From positions 52,310,324-52,343,537 of the forward strand of contig NC_057718.1 in the NCBI RefSeq assembly GCF_004010195.1: a stretch of 33,214 nucleotides of DNA, in the 5' to 3' direction. The notes under the pieces are model-generated. The model was not told the origin of the DNA and made no database searches. It saw nothing but the letters and a program-made list of their open reading frames with translations. Both the position numbers and the translations under genes were made by a program. Source of the stretch: Chiloscyllium plagiosum (taxonomy: Eukaryota). Each line of letters starts with the position of its first letter. Positions within the stretch are counted from its first letter, which is position 1. Positions 1 through 11,156 of the stretch are shown piece by piece.

Positions 1-467
1 TGGTTTTTTTTGCCTTTGTGGTTCCTCAATTCCACCCACATAGGGTCAGATGATGTGGAGTCTATGTCATTCAGTGCCATAGATTTAATTTTGTTTTAAC
101 TCACCCTCCCAACCCTGCCCCCTCTGCCCACCTCCCTGTCTTTTCGATAAGTTGAAAACCCTTGCATGTTTAACTGCCAGTCCTGACCCCCCTGTAACCA
201 CGTCTCTGTGATGCCTATCAAATCATAATCATTCACGATGATCTGTGCCATTAGTTCGTCTGCTTTGCTACGAATGCTATGAGCATTCAGGTAAAGTGCC
301 TTAATGCTAACTTTCTTATCATTAGAGATATTGGAAGTCATAAGATGTCCTAAGTTATCCTTCCTTTTTGCTGCATTCCCAGTCTGTCTCAAGTTTAAAT
401 CTGCCTGCACATATGCTATCCTGCCGTTTATCTTTCCATTTAACTCCATGCTCCCTGTCGCTTTCAC
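1..467 (-). pseudogene. CR1-type LINE ORF2 N-terminal AP-endonuclease fragment (frameshifted, runs off window)
   Basis: ORF 96-467 reads LYLNAHSIRSKADEL...YDLIGITETWL...YRKDREVGRGG, the typical start of a CR1 APE domain. Confidence 0.9.
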
Positions 468-484
468 TTTCCTTTCCCCCCAAC

Positions 485-640
485 TCAGAAGTTTAAAGTC
501 CTACTGACCACCCTATTTATCCTCTTCGCTAGAACATTGGTACCTGATCGGTTCAGGTGAAGACCGTCCCAACGGTACAGATCCCCCCGGTTCCAAAACT
601 GATACCAATGCCCCATGAAGTGGAATCCCTCTTTCCCACA
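485..640 (-). pseudogene. CR1 ORF1 C-terminal SGNH-esterase fragment, directly upstream of ORF2
   Basis: Manual translation CGKEGFHFMGHWYQFWNRGDLYRWDGLHLNRSGTNVLAKRINRVVSRTLNF* with stop at 485-487. DGLHLN is the SGNH block V motif found in CR1 ORF1. Confidence 0.85.
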
Positions 641-2001
641 CCTTTGAAGTAAAGGCAGTATGCATAGCTCAACTGCTTATAATTTGATACTTACAAACTG
701 CTATAATTGTCTCCAAGTATAAATAGGTTGCATGTTTCTTTTAGCACAATGAGTTTTCCATTGATCTCTAACATTTAAATAACCTGGTCAGGCACTTTTC
801 AACATTTCAAGCTACAGTCCCAAGTTTTGAGAACTTTATAAACCAAAAAGAAATAGTGTTAAAAAAAAGTAATTGCTTACATATCAGAATTGCAACAATG
901 TTATCTTGGGTGTTCATGGCATTACAAACTTGATTTCAATCCTGTAATTCAATATTCTACAGATATTAATCTAAAACGAATAAAATACAATACTCAGTAC
1001 TATCCTATTTGTAAAGTAAACCTGCATAAGATATTTTTAAATTGGTAAGCTCTCTAATGTATGCAAAACAAAATGGAAGAAAGTCAACATTGATTCCTAT
1101 ATTTCTGTTTGCGTGCTCTATTATTCAAAGAGTGTAAGACTGAATTATTATCAATAATTTTGACCTGATGCAGAAAGTGAGGAATTAAATTATATTCTCT
1201 TCAATTGTAGTCAACATAATACTCAGTTGTCATAAAGTACGGTCTTTGTGCATTTCTGGGTGTTATGTGGAAGGAGTGTATTTTGCTCTCCTGTCAAAGA
1301 AACCTTTTTTCTGGACCTTTTAACGGGCCATGCTGACATAAACTCAAGTTGTACAGCTATATCCATAGAAAGGTTTAATTTTGTTATTTAAACCACATAA
1401 TATGCCAATGTATATGAGCTAAACATCAGGCCCTATATCCATGAAGGTCATTAATCTCAGCTTACCTGGGGATCTCCCTTCCATAGTCTTCAAGTTCACT
1501 TCTGTTTTATTCCCACATTTCCAAAATTTCCAGTTCGCGGGCTCCAGACGCCTTATCTTTACCATGGATGTGCACTCCCTTTACACATCCATCTCCCATC
1601 AGAATGGTTTCAGGGTTGTCTGCTTCTTCCTGGAAAAAAAGGCCTGAACCGTCCCTATCCGCCATCTCTTCTCCGCCTGGTCAAGTTAGTCCTCACTTTG
1701 AACAACTTCTCCCACTTTCTTCGGTCAAAGTTATCCCTGGGTCTCCCTGGGGTATGTGGAACATTTTTGTTCCAATCCTACTCAGGTCTCACCCCACTAC
1801 TCTTTTTCCAATAAATTCATTCGTGCTGCTTCCCTCTCTCATCCAGAATTGGAAACGTTATCAATTTTGTTCCAATTTCCACCCGGCTCTCACCTTCACC
1901 TGGTCCATCTGATTCCTCCGTTCCTCAACATCTGTTTCCATTTCTGGGGATAGGTTGACCAGAAGCATGTACGATAAAACTAGTCCACTTGCCTAGTTTC
2001 T

Positions 2002-2610
2002 GAGTTGGGAGGTCATGATGCGGCTGTACAGGACAGTAGTTTGGGCACTTTTGGAATATTGTGTACAATTCTGGTCTCCCTCCGATCGGAAGAATGTTGG
2101 GAAACATGAAAGGGTTCAGAAAAGGTTTATAACGATGTTGCCAGGGTTGGAGGGTTTGAGCTATAGGGAGAGGCTGAATAGGCTGGGGCTGTTTTCCCTG
2201 GAGCATCAGAAGCTAAGGGTCTATATTGAGGTCTATAAAATCATGAGGGGGCATGGATAGGGTAAATAGACAAGGTTTTTTCCCTTGGTTGGGGGATTCC
2301 AGAACTAGAGGACATAGGTTTAGGGTGAGAGGGGAAAAATTTAAAAGGGACGTAAGGGGCAACTTTTTCACGCAGAGGGTGGTGATTGTATGGAATGAGC
2401 TGCCAGAGGACAGAGGAGGTGTTGGAGGCTGGTACAATTGCAACATTTAAGAGGCATTTGGATGGGTACATGAATAGGAAGGATATGGGTCAAGAGCTGG
2501 CAAATGGGACTGGATTAATTTAGGATATCTGGTCGTCACGGATGAGTTGGAACGAAGGGTCTGTTTCCATGCTGTACATCTCGATGACTTGATGATTCTA
2601 TGACTCAATG
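2002..2610 (+). mobile_element. 5'-truncated CR1/HER1 LINE 3' end inserted into the PLE
   Basis: MRLYRTVVWALLEYCVQFWSP...ERVQKRF...LFSLE and TRGHRFRVRGEKFKRDVRGNFFTQRVV, followed by a CR1 3'UTR and a (TCTATGA)-like tail. Confidence 0.9.
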
Positions 2611-2744
2611 TGTTTTGAGGTTGCAACCTTTCACATGGGGGTTTCCAAAATGCCCATCTTTTTCCTCAGACAAGGATTCCCAGCCACTGCGGTTGACAGG
2701 GATCTTATCTGTGTCCAACCCATTTTCTACCTTTCTGCCTTCAC

Positions 2745-3000
2745 AAAACACATACCAACAGATTTAAGAATAGCTTCTTCCCTGCTGTTATTAGACGTAT
2801 GAATGGACCTCTCATATATCAGAGTTGATCTTTCTCTGCACATTCTTTGTCGCTGTAACGCTATATTCTACGTTTTGTTCTGTTACCCTGATGCACTTAT
2901 GTAAGGAATGATTTGTCTGGTTAGCACGCAAAACAGTACTTTTCACTGTATCTTGGTACACGTGACAATAATAAAGCAAATCAAATTTAAAAGAAATCAA
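2745..3000 (+). mobile_element. Rex1/Babar-type LINE 3' end inserted into the PLE
   Basis: Translates KTHTNRFKNSFFPAVIRRMNG (Rex1 C-terminal RFKNSFFP motif). 3'UTR ends in GTGACAATAATAAA plus an (AAATC)-like tail. Confidence 0.7.
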
Positions 3001-3254
3001 AACCCCTTCTCTTCCTTCCCATAACACTGTTCGGCTCCCCCCTCTCAACCCCCCAGTCCTCACTTTCCACCCCCATCAGCCTCAGCATCCAAAGGATCAC
3101 AAGCCACCATTTCTGCCGCCTCCAGCAAGATGCCACTACCAATTTACCTGCACTTCATTGAATCTGATCCACCAGTGACTGCTCAACTGCAGTCTCCTCT
3201 ATCCTAGGGAGACAAAACACCAGCTGGGTGACCATTTTGTGGAACACCTATGTT

Positions 3255-3532
3255 TAGATTAGATTAGATTAGATTAGATTAGATTACAGTGTGGAAACAG
3301 GCCCTTCGGCCCAACAAGTCCACTCCGACCCGTTGAAGCGAAACCCACCCATACCCCTACATTTACCCCTTACCTAACACTATGGGCAATTTAGTATGGC
3401 CAAATCACCTGGCCCTGCACATCTTTGGACTGTGGGAGGAAACCGGAGCACCCGGAGGAAACCCACGCAGACACGGGGAGAATCTGCAAACTCCACACAG
3501 TCAGTCGCCTGAGGCGGGAATTGAACCCGGGT
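3255..3532 (-). mobile_element. HE1 SINE (V-SINE superfamily), 5'-truncated
   Basis: B box GGTTCAATTCC, V-domain GTGTGGAGTTTGCA..TTCTCCCCGTGTCTGCGTGGGTTTCCTCCGGGTGCTCCGGTTTCCTCCCACA, (TCTAA)n tail. TSD CCTATGTT 3247-3254 / CCCATGTT 3533-3540. Confidence 0.9.
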
Positions 3533-4007
3533 CCCATGTTCTGATGGTAAAAATAACCCAGAGTTTCCAGTTGCCTACCACTTTAACACACCACCTTGTT
3601 TGCTTGCCAATATTTCTGCTTTGGGCTTGAGGCAGTGCTCCAGCGAGATTCAGCACAAGTTTCAAGAACAGCATCTCATCTTCTACTTGGCGATCCTGTA
3701 GCCTTCAAACTCAAGATCGAATTCAATAATCTTAGAGCATGAACACCTCCTTCCATGTCCTTTATCTATCGCTATATCCAAGGCCCTGACATGACATGGG
3801 CTGCTTCCAGCACCGTCAACCCATTTTCACCTTCTCATGGCCTCCATTATCAACCTTTCCTCTTGCCTGGCTTACTATCAACCATCCCTTTGTCTGCTGA
3901 ACTTTCTTTCTCTCTCACTGGGCTCCTTCTCTCCTTCTCCACTCACTCCTTTATCACACAATCTCTCCCGGTCATCACCATATATACCAACTTTTCCTAG
4001 CTGCTAC

Positions 4008-4047
4008 CAGTACTGAAGAAGGATCACTGGACTCGAAACATTAATTC
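4008..4047 (+). ncRNA. Minimal hammerhead ribozyme motif, degenerate
   Basis: CTGAAGA (4013-4019)-AGGATCACTGGACTC-GAAA (4035-4038)-CATT. Helix II is imperfect. Confidence 0.6.
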
Positions 4048-4597
4048 TGCTTTCTCTTAACGTATGCTGCCAGGTCCTTCTGGTTTTATGAATGTGTACA
4101 TTAGTGTAGCATAGTTATTTTGAACTTAATGGATTTTGTTGTATCTGGTTATATTGTTTCATTTCCTTCGTGCTAACACAGCTCAGAGTCGTGATAAGAT
4201 AGGAACGCTTGCTAATTTGACTCCTATTTCTATAACAGAATGAAATAAACCAGATAGGTCTTTTGAAATTGTTTTTAATTTCTTTCCACTGAAAGATGTT
4301 GATTTGCTTTAGAATGGTCCAGAACATTTCGATGATGCAGTCAGACATTTAGGGTAATATTAATCACTCAGATGTGACACTACATGTTACCTAAGCAAAC
4401 AACAAATTATTCTGGTGGTGCCTCATTATTTTGTCAGAGATCTATGATGTCAGTAAGCTAAAAGGGACAAACCACAATGAAAAAACACAGTTCCATAAAT
4501 GACTGTCATCTCAGGGAACTATTCAGCAGATGGTTGGAAGTGATGCTCAGCAGTTTTGAAAAAAAACTCTTTATTTTAACCTATTTTCGAATCAAGC

Positions 4598-4680
4598 TGC
4601 CCAGAGATGCTATTATACATTGGTAGGACTTGAACCCACACCTTGTGGTTCAAAGGCTGCCACTGCACCACAACAGCCCT
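4598..4680 (-). mobile_element. tRNA-derived SINE head fragment
   Basis: Minus strand carries an A box TGGTGCAGTGG and a B box GGTTCAAGTCC. No cloverleaf. Confidence 0.5.
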
Positions 4681-5592
4681 CTACCATCATTTTTAAAGGA
4701 ATCAATTATATATTGGATACACACTACCTATCCATTCTAAGATTAACTATGTGTTGTGGGAAGCCAATTATTGCTCAGGATGCCTCTGATCATGCACAGG
4801 GATGTACGGCTGTAAAGGATTATTAACCGTAATTCATCGCAGTCCAATGTGTAATAAGAGAGAGAGAAGTAGAACTTAATCAACAGAGTGATAAAGGTGA
4901 CATGTCAACTAGAGGTCACAAGTTGTTATTCCAAACTTTAAAAATCCTGTAAAACTTGTGAAAGCAACCTTTTACTTGAAATGATCTTGAAATTAATCAT
5001 GACTATTGGACTTTGAGATCAGCCATCTCAAATTCAGTTAGTAATTATACTTGGCTAAATCGATTTGATTCAGTATAAGACATTGGTCTTATAATGTAGG
5101 TAACTTGAATACCAAAAACGTATAAGAGCACTGCATCCATTAAAAATTGGCATATAATTCTGATTGGATTCTAACTATGGACTAAATTATTCATTAGCCT
5201 AGAAATTCAATGGCTCTGAAACTGGTGCACAAGCATTATGAGCCTGAAGTTGACTATCCACCACGTTACTAATGCAGCACTTCGAAGACCACAGCACAAC
5301 CTCAAACTACTTTAGCCAAGAAGGCAAATTTTCAGAAGGGTAGAGATTATTACAAACTTTTTTGTGGTTTAACAATCTCTTCAAGTTTGAGTTCAGCTAT
5401 TATATTTTACCAGTGTATGTTGGAGACACACTTAGCAAAGGTTCACCAAGGTCTCTCTCCGAAATACAGTCAGCCCGACAATTTGTTATCTTCTGACATT
5501 TCATTGCAATATTTTACAGTTAATTAGTCATTGGTTACCTTAACTTCTCATCACATGTATGTTTAATAACCTAGGATATATATGTTCAGCAT

Positions 5593-6321
5593 ATGTCTAC
5601 AGAAATAGTGCCAGAAGACTGGTGGATAGCAAATGTGGTTCCCCTGTTCAAGAAAGGGAGTAGAGACAATCCTGGTAATTATAGACCAGTAAGCCTTACT
5701 TCAGTTGTTGGTAAAGTAATGGAAAAGGTTATAAGAGATAGGATTTATAATCATCTAGAAAAGAATAATTTGATTAGGGATAGTCAGCACGGTTTTGTGA
5801 AGGGTAGGTCGTGCCTCACAAACCTTATTGAGTTCTTTGAGAAGGTGACCAAACAGGTAGATGAGAGTAAACTGGTTGATGTGGTGTATATGGATTTTAG
5901 CAAGGTGTTCGATAAGATTCCCCACAGTAGGCTATTGTACAAAATGCGGAAGAATGGGATTGTGGGAGATATAGCAGTTTGGATCAGTAATTGGCTTGCT
6001 GAAAGAAGACAGAGGGTGGTGGTTGATGGGAAATGTTCATCCTGGAGTCCAGTTACCAGTGGTGTATCACAAGGGTCAGTGTTGGGTCCACTACTGTTCA
6101 TCATTTTTATAAACGACCTGGATGAGGGTGTAGAAGGGTGGATTAGTAAATTTGCAGATGACACTAAGGTCGGTGGAATTGTGGATAGTGACGAAGGATG
6201 TTATAGGTTACAGAGAGACATAGATAAGCTGCAGAGCTGGGCTGAGAGGTGGCAAATGGAGTTTAATGTGGACAAGTGTGAGGTGATTCACTTTGGTCGG
6301 AGTAACCGGAATGCAAAGTAA
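5593..6321 (+). pseudogene. CR1 ORF2 reverse transcriptase domain (242 aa open, premature stop)
   Basis: [56 protein letters not shown]. Confidence 0.95.
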
Positions 6322-6416
6322 CGGGCTAATGGTAAGATTCTTGGTAAAGTAGATGAGCAGAGAGATCTCGGTGTCCAGGTACACAGATCCTTGAAAGTTG
6401 CCACCCAGGTTGACAG

Positions 6417-6596
6417 AGCTTAAAAATGTGTTGCTGGAAAAGCGCAGCAGGTCAGGCAGCATCAAAGGAGAAGGAGAATCAACGTTTCGTGCCTGAAATG
6501 TCGATTCTCCTTCTCCTTTGATGCTGCCTGACCTGCTGCGCTTTTCCAGCAACACATTTTTAAGCTCTGATCCCCAGCATCTGCAGTCCTCACTTT
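6417..6596. mobile_element. PLE-terminus-derived fold-back insertion (family A)
   Basis: 75-bp inverted arms 6414-6488 / 6495-6569 plus a 27-nt one-sided extension. Perfect 15-bp TSD CACCCAGGTTGACAG 6402-6416 / 6597-6611. Homologous to PLE terminus 23548-23660. Confidence 0.92.
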
Positions 6597-7469
6597 CACC
6601 CAGGTTGACAGGGTTGTTAAGAAGGCATATAGTGTTTTAGCTTTTATTAATAGAGGGATCAAGTTCCGGAACCATGAGGTTATGCTACAGCTGTACAAAA
6701 CTCTGGTGCAGCCGCACTTTGAGTATTGCGTACAGTTCTGGTCACCGCATTATAAGAAGGATGTGGAAGCTTTGGAAAGGGTGCAGAGGAGATTTACTAG
6801 GATGTTGCTTGGTATGGAGAGAAGGTCTTTACGAGGAAAGGCTGAGGGACTTGAGGCTGTTTTCGTTGGAGAGAAGAAGGCTGAGAGGTGACTTAACAGA
6901 GACATATAATATATTCAGAGGGTTAGATAGGGTGGACAGGGAGATCCTTTTCCAAGTATGGTGACGGCGAGCATGAGGGGGCATAGCTTTAATTTGAGGG
7001 GTGATAGATTTAGGACAGTAGTAAAGGTATGGAATTCTTCGCCTGCAACGGTAGTAGATTTGCCAACTTTAAGTACATTTAAGTTGCCATTGGACAAGCA
7101 TATCGATGTACATGGAATTAGATGGGCTTCAGATTGGTATGACAGGTCGGCGCAACATTGAGGGCCGAAGGGCCTGTACTGCGCTGTAATGTTCTGTGTC
7201 CTATGTTCTATGTTCTATATTCTATATGTCTCCTATCTAGCATTTCATCACTCTGTGACTGGTTATTCAAGTTATGAAAGTTGTCCAGTTTTACATCTTA
7301 TATTCTTAGCTAGACTCCCACTTAATTGGCTTCATATACATCTTGGCTACAGTACTGGCAACACATCCCTTAATGCTAAAAGAAAATACACATAACGATA
7401 TGGGCCTATTCTAAGGTATTCATGTTCATGGAAACAATAATCTTATCTATTGTCTCACCTCACAACATG

Positions 7470-8190
7470 AGCAATTTGGCTGGCAATTTGCACACATCAG
7501 GCACTGACAAAAATCAAATGTAACAATTACAGATAATCTATTTTTGTGATGTTGACTGGTAAATGATGGTCAAAATACTGGGGATAGCTACTCTGCTCTT
7601 CCCTGAAATCATGCAATGAGTTCTTTTATCTCCATTTGAGACAGCAGATGTGGCTTTGCTTTAACATGTCCCACAAACGATATCTGAATCAGTGCACCAC
7701 TTCTTTAGGACTATACTACAATGTCAACATAGGTTCTTGTGAGCTTACAGCAGTTTATAAAATCATGAGGGGCATGGATAGGGTAAATAGGCAAGGTCTT
7801 TATCCTGGGGTGGGGGAATCCAAAAATAGAGGGTTTGAGGTGAGAGGGGATAGATATAAAAGAGACCTAAGGGGCAACTTTTTCACACAGAAAAATATGT
7901 GTATAGAATGAGATGACAGAGGAAGTCATGAGTCTGATAGAATTACAACATTCAAAGGGCACCTGGATGGATATATAAATAGGAAGAGTTCAGAGGGATA
8001 TGGGTTAAATGTTGGCAAATGGGACTAAGTTTATGCAGGATATTTGATCGGCATGGACGAGTTGGATGAAAGGGTCTGTTACTGTGCTGTATATGTCAAT
8101 GACTCTATGACTCTAAGTCCTGGTGGACCTTGACCTCATAAATTTGTAGCTCAGAAATAAAACTTCTTCCAACTGAGTCATAGATGACAG
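7470..8190 (-). mobile_element. Old Deu-domain SINE (SacSINE1-like), split by a CR1 3' end
   Basis: Minus strand has a tRNA-like head TGACTCAGTTGG..AGGTCAAGGTCC (8120-8190). It continues at 7740-7470 with Deu-like GTTAAAGCAAAGCCACATCTGC..AAAAGAACTCATTGCA..GAAGAGCAG..CAACATCACAAAAATAGATTATCTG. Match is to a remembered consensus. Confidence 0.6.
7743..8115 (+). mobile_element. CR1/HER1 LINE 3' end
   Basis: VYKIMRGMDRVNRQGL..RDLRGNFFTQ, 3'UTR homologous to 2230-2606, ends in GACTCTATGACTCTA. Confidence 0.9.
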
Positions 8191-8294
8191 CAAAATTGAG
8201 ATGGTTAGAGTATATTCATGCAAACCTATTTGAGATTACTTGATCAAAACTGGGTTGCTCTGAACATAGCCAACAAGGAAATCATTTTGGCACA

Positions 8295-8642
8295 CATCCA
8301 TAGATCAGCCGACAGTCCGAATCTTTTTCCCTGAGTTGAAATGTCTAAAAGGGCATATATTTAAGGTGAGAGGGGGAAAGTTCAAAGGAGATGTGAGGGG
8401 CAAGTATTTTACACAGAAAGTGGTAAGAGTCTGCAATGCACTGCCAGGGGTGATGGTTTGAGACAGATATGACAAGGGCATTTAAGAGACTTTGGGTAAT
8501 CACATAAATATGTAAGGAATGGAGAGATACGGACCAAGGGCAGGCAGAAGGGATTAGTTTAATTTGGCATCATGTTTGGCACAACATTATGGGCTGAAGA
8601 GCCTGTTTCTGTGCAGTACAGTTCTGTGTTTTATATTCTATC
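8295..8642 (+). mobile_element. CR1 LINE 3' end (different subfamily)
   Basis: TTTAAGGTGAGAGGGGGAAAGTTCAAAGGAGATGTGAGGGGCAAG..TTTACACAG, terminal GGGCTGAAGAGCCTGTT..TTCTGTGTT tail. Confidence 0.8.
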
Positions 8643-9241
8643 ATAATCAGTGATCCTTAAACATGACCACTGATGGTAACTTCCAAAAATGTGATGTTAA
8701 AAAGTCTCTGAATGTGGAACACTATGGTACTACAAGTGTTTCTTCTAACTCCATAATAAAACTGTAGGATATTACCAGCTAACCTGATCAAAATGCGAGA
8801 GGAAGTAGTCGAAGCAGGTACAATTACAGCATTTAAGAGACATTTGGATGGGTACATAAATAGGAAAGTTCTTTTTTTATTCACGGGATGGAGGTATTGC
8901 TGGCTCGCCAACATTCTTTACTCATTCCTAATTGCCCAGAGGGTGGTTAAGAGTCAACCACATTGCTGTGAGTCTGGAGTCACAGGTAGGATCAACCAAG
9001 CAAGGATGGCAGTTTCCTTCCCTAAAGGATATTAGTGAACCAGATGGGATTTTCTGACAATCAATTCATGGTCATCAGTAGACTCTTCATTTCAGATTTT
9101 CTTTTTTTCTTATTGAATTCAAATTCCACCAGGCTTCGAACCCAGGTCCCCGGATCTTTGGATTAACAGTCCAGCCATAATACCATAAGCTCATTGCATT
9201 ACCTGGATGTAGGTTTGCTTGCTAAGCTGGAAGGTTCATTT

Positions 9242-9281
9242 CCAGACATTTCGTCACCCTACTAGGTAACATCTTCAGTGG
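9242..9281 (-). ncRNA. Minimal type-I hammerhead ribozyme
   Basis: CCA-CTGAAGA-TGTTACCTAGTAGGGTGAC-GAAA-TGTC-TGG. Helix I CCA/TGG, helix II GTTACC/GGTGAC. Confidence 0.75.
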
Positions 9282-9658
9282 GCCTCCGGGCAAAGCACTG
9301 CTGATAATTCCTGCTTTCTATTTATATGCTTCAGTTATTTGGGTTGGTGATGTCATTCCTGTGGTGATGTCATTTCTCAGGGTAGATGGGGTCTGACTCA
9401 ATGTGTCTTTTGATAGAGTTCCGGTTAGAATGCCATGCTTCTAGGAATTCTCGTGCATATCTCTGATTCTAGATTCCTAGAAGCATGGCATTCCAACAAG
9501 AACTCATTCAACAAACACATCCAGTTAGGCCCCATCTACCACCCCCTGAGAAAAGGAACTGGAAGTGACTTCGCCACAGGAAATGACATCACCAACCCAA
9601 AGAAACCCAAACATTTAAATAGAAAGCAAGAATTATCAGCAATGCTTCACGCAGAGGC

Positions 9659-9698
9659 CTACTGAAGATGTTACTTAGTAGGGTGACGAAACGTCTGG
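9659..9698 (+). ncRNA. Minimal type-I hammerhead ribozyme
   Basis: CTA-CTGAAGA (9662-9668)-TGTTACTTAGTAGGGTGAC-GAAA (9688-9691)-CGTC-TGG. Palindromic ACGT replaces helix III. Confidence 0.8.
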
Positions 9699-11156
9699 AA
9701 ATGAACCTTCCAGCTCAGTGAGTAAACCTACATCCAGAACCTCAACCTGAGCTACAAATCTTCTCAAAACTTGCCATTGCATCCCCTTTTAGAGAGATAT
9801 GGGCCAAAACATGGGTAAATGGGACAAATTTATTTTGGAATACCTGGTGGGCATGGACAAGTTGGACCAAAGGGTTTGTTTCCTAGCTGCAAACTCTATG
9901 ACTCTATTACTGTAATCCTAACCATACTTCATGTGTGATCTTCCATTTTCACATTCTGATTGACCCTGTAATAATTGTGATCGCTTCTTTTCCAAATCAT
10001 CCTAAGATTGATTATGCATCTCCAAATGTAATTCAGCAATTATCTATTTTGATTCGATATCAGCACTTAGCATGGATTTGAATTGCAAACATAGCAGGGA
10101 AAATTTTAACTGTCTATAATTTTCTGGTAGGAGATGATTGATTTCAGTTCGATTCCTACCTGCTTGGAATGGATAACAGCACACAAATTTTAACCACTGA
10201 GGTTGATGAATATGCCCCTGACTAGCAGAGGAGACAATGAATCCATCAGCCTGCAGAAGTCACTGATTGCTGGTCTGCACCCAGGTAAATGGAGAACTGG
10301 AAATCCAGGGAGTATACAGAAGAGAGCCATATCATCTGCTGGATATCATTGCTGTAGAATCAGGAGCAAGATTAGTAACCCACTTTACGCTCTACTTGTT
10401 GCCGGCAGATTCATTCCTACCAACCCCCATCTCCAGAGTTACCTTCAGCCACACTAGTTATGCCGTCGGATCAATGTTCATTTTCTGAGGATATGCAGGC
10501 TATCTCAGAACATCTGTATGTTACAAGTTGCTTTCCCAAATAACACTGATAAGTTCTAGGCCCAACTCTCATTGAACCTTCGACTTCCCATTTGAATCAC
10601 AAGCACCATGCTCAGGCTGTAACTAGAGAATAAGCCTAAACGAATTCCTGGAGCAAGTTAGCAAATTCTTTTCAAACAACTCTTGCAAAGTTGAAACGGA
10701 AATGGGTAGCTCTCCAGGCTGAGAAAAAAGGTCATGCCTCCCATTTGTGAGGCTGTCCGAATCCCCTTCTATGAGGCACTCTTGAATCTCTCCCCTCAGA
10801 ACTTATCTATTTGAAAGGAAGATTACAGTTATACAGGCCAGAGGCCCCCTAATAATCAAAGGTTCACTCATGCCAGCTGCCTATCCATGTTAGATGCTCA
10901 ATAGATGAGCATACAGCATGGATTTAAATAGGATGTGGCAAGGAAAAAGAATATTTGTTATTAAGATACAAGAACTACTACTGGAGCAGAGAAGATGAAG
11001 TGGAGATGGAACATAAGTTTTAAATATTACGAGGCATTTTGATGTTTGAATGGGAAAATACTATTTTGCCTTGTTGGAAGGATTATGAACAAAGTTGTAA
11101 ATGTGAACTTGACATCGAGAAGACAGATTCTGACATAAAAAAACTTCTGCAGATAT

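Larger units (their letters stand above)
1470..4085 (+). mobile_element. Old Penelope-like element (RT, GIY-YIG, terminal hammerhead), split by three younger insertions
   Basis: RT motif FTMDVHSLYTSISH (~1558-1600). Thumb remnants at 2611-2744 and 3001-3140 (VLTFHP..IQRI). GIY-YIG remnants at 3141-3254 and 3541-3742 (PEFPVAYHFNTP, QEQHLIFYL, IEFNNLRA*). Pyrimidine-rich 3' region, hammerhead core at 4013-4042. Confidence 0.85.
5593..7230 (+). mobile_element. 5'-truncated CR1/HER1 LINE (RT domain to 3' tail), interrupted by a hairpin insertion at 6417-6596
   Basis: Continuous ORF2 homology through LYKTLVQPHFEYCVQFWSP, then a 3'UTR and a (TTCTATG)n tail at 7190-7230. Internal deletion near 7018. 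Confidence 0.95.
9200..9774. mobile_element. Fold-back PLE insertion (Poseidon/Penelope-like family C) with GIY-YIG C-terminus and a hammerhead in each arm
   Basis: Inverted arms 9203-9448 / 9473-9737 plus a 37-nt extension. Arms encode FLEAWHSNKNSFNKHIQLGPIYHPL (+) and AREFLEAWHSNRNSIKRHIESDPIY (-). TSD CATTGCAT 9192-9199 / 9775-9782. Confidence 0.88.
8871..9787 (-). mobile_element. Shark tRNA-derived SINE whose extreme 5' end is split by the PLE hairpin
   Basis: Body 8871-9199 with B box GGTTCGAAGCC and an A-rich tail. Homologous to 13545-13942. The first bases lie at 9775-9787. Confidence 0.75.
8793..9907 (+). mobile_element. CR1 3' end in two pieces (8793-8870, 9788-9907) hosting a SINE and a PLE hairpin
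   Basis: EEVVEAGTITAFKRHLDGYINRK resumes at TTAGAGAGATATGGGCC..CTCTATGACTCTAT. Confidence 0.8.

Noticed and set aside
3255..3286. (TTAGA)n array as a telomeric or CRISPR-like repeat
   Set aside because: It is the microsatellite tail of the HE1 SINE.
5593..6321. Retron/DGR-type or domesticated reverse transcriptase
   Set aside because: Ordinary 5'-truncated CR1 ORF2 with a premature stop and a CR1 tail.
6414..6569. Long inverted repeats as MITE TIRs or rho-independent terminators
   Set aside because: The arms are PLE pseudo-LTR sequence, with asymmetric ends and variable TSD lengths, in eukaryotic DNA.
10203..10488. Possible host exon with AG/GT-like boundaries
   Set aside because: No recognisable protein, weak acceptor and no partner exons. 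A small exon cannot be excluded without RNA data.
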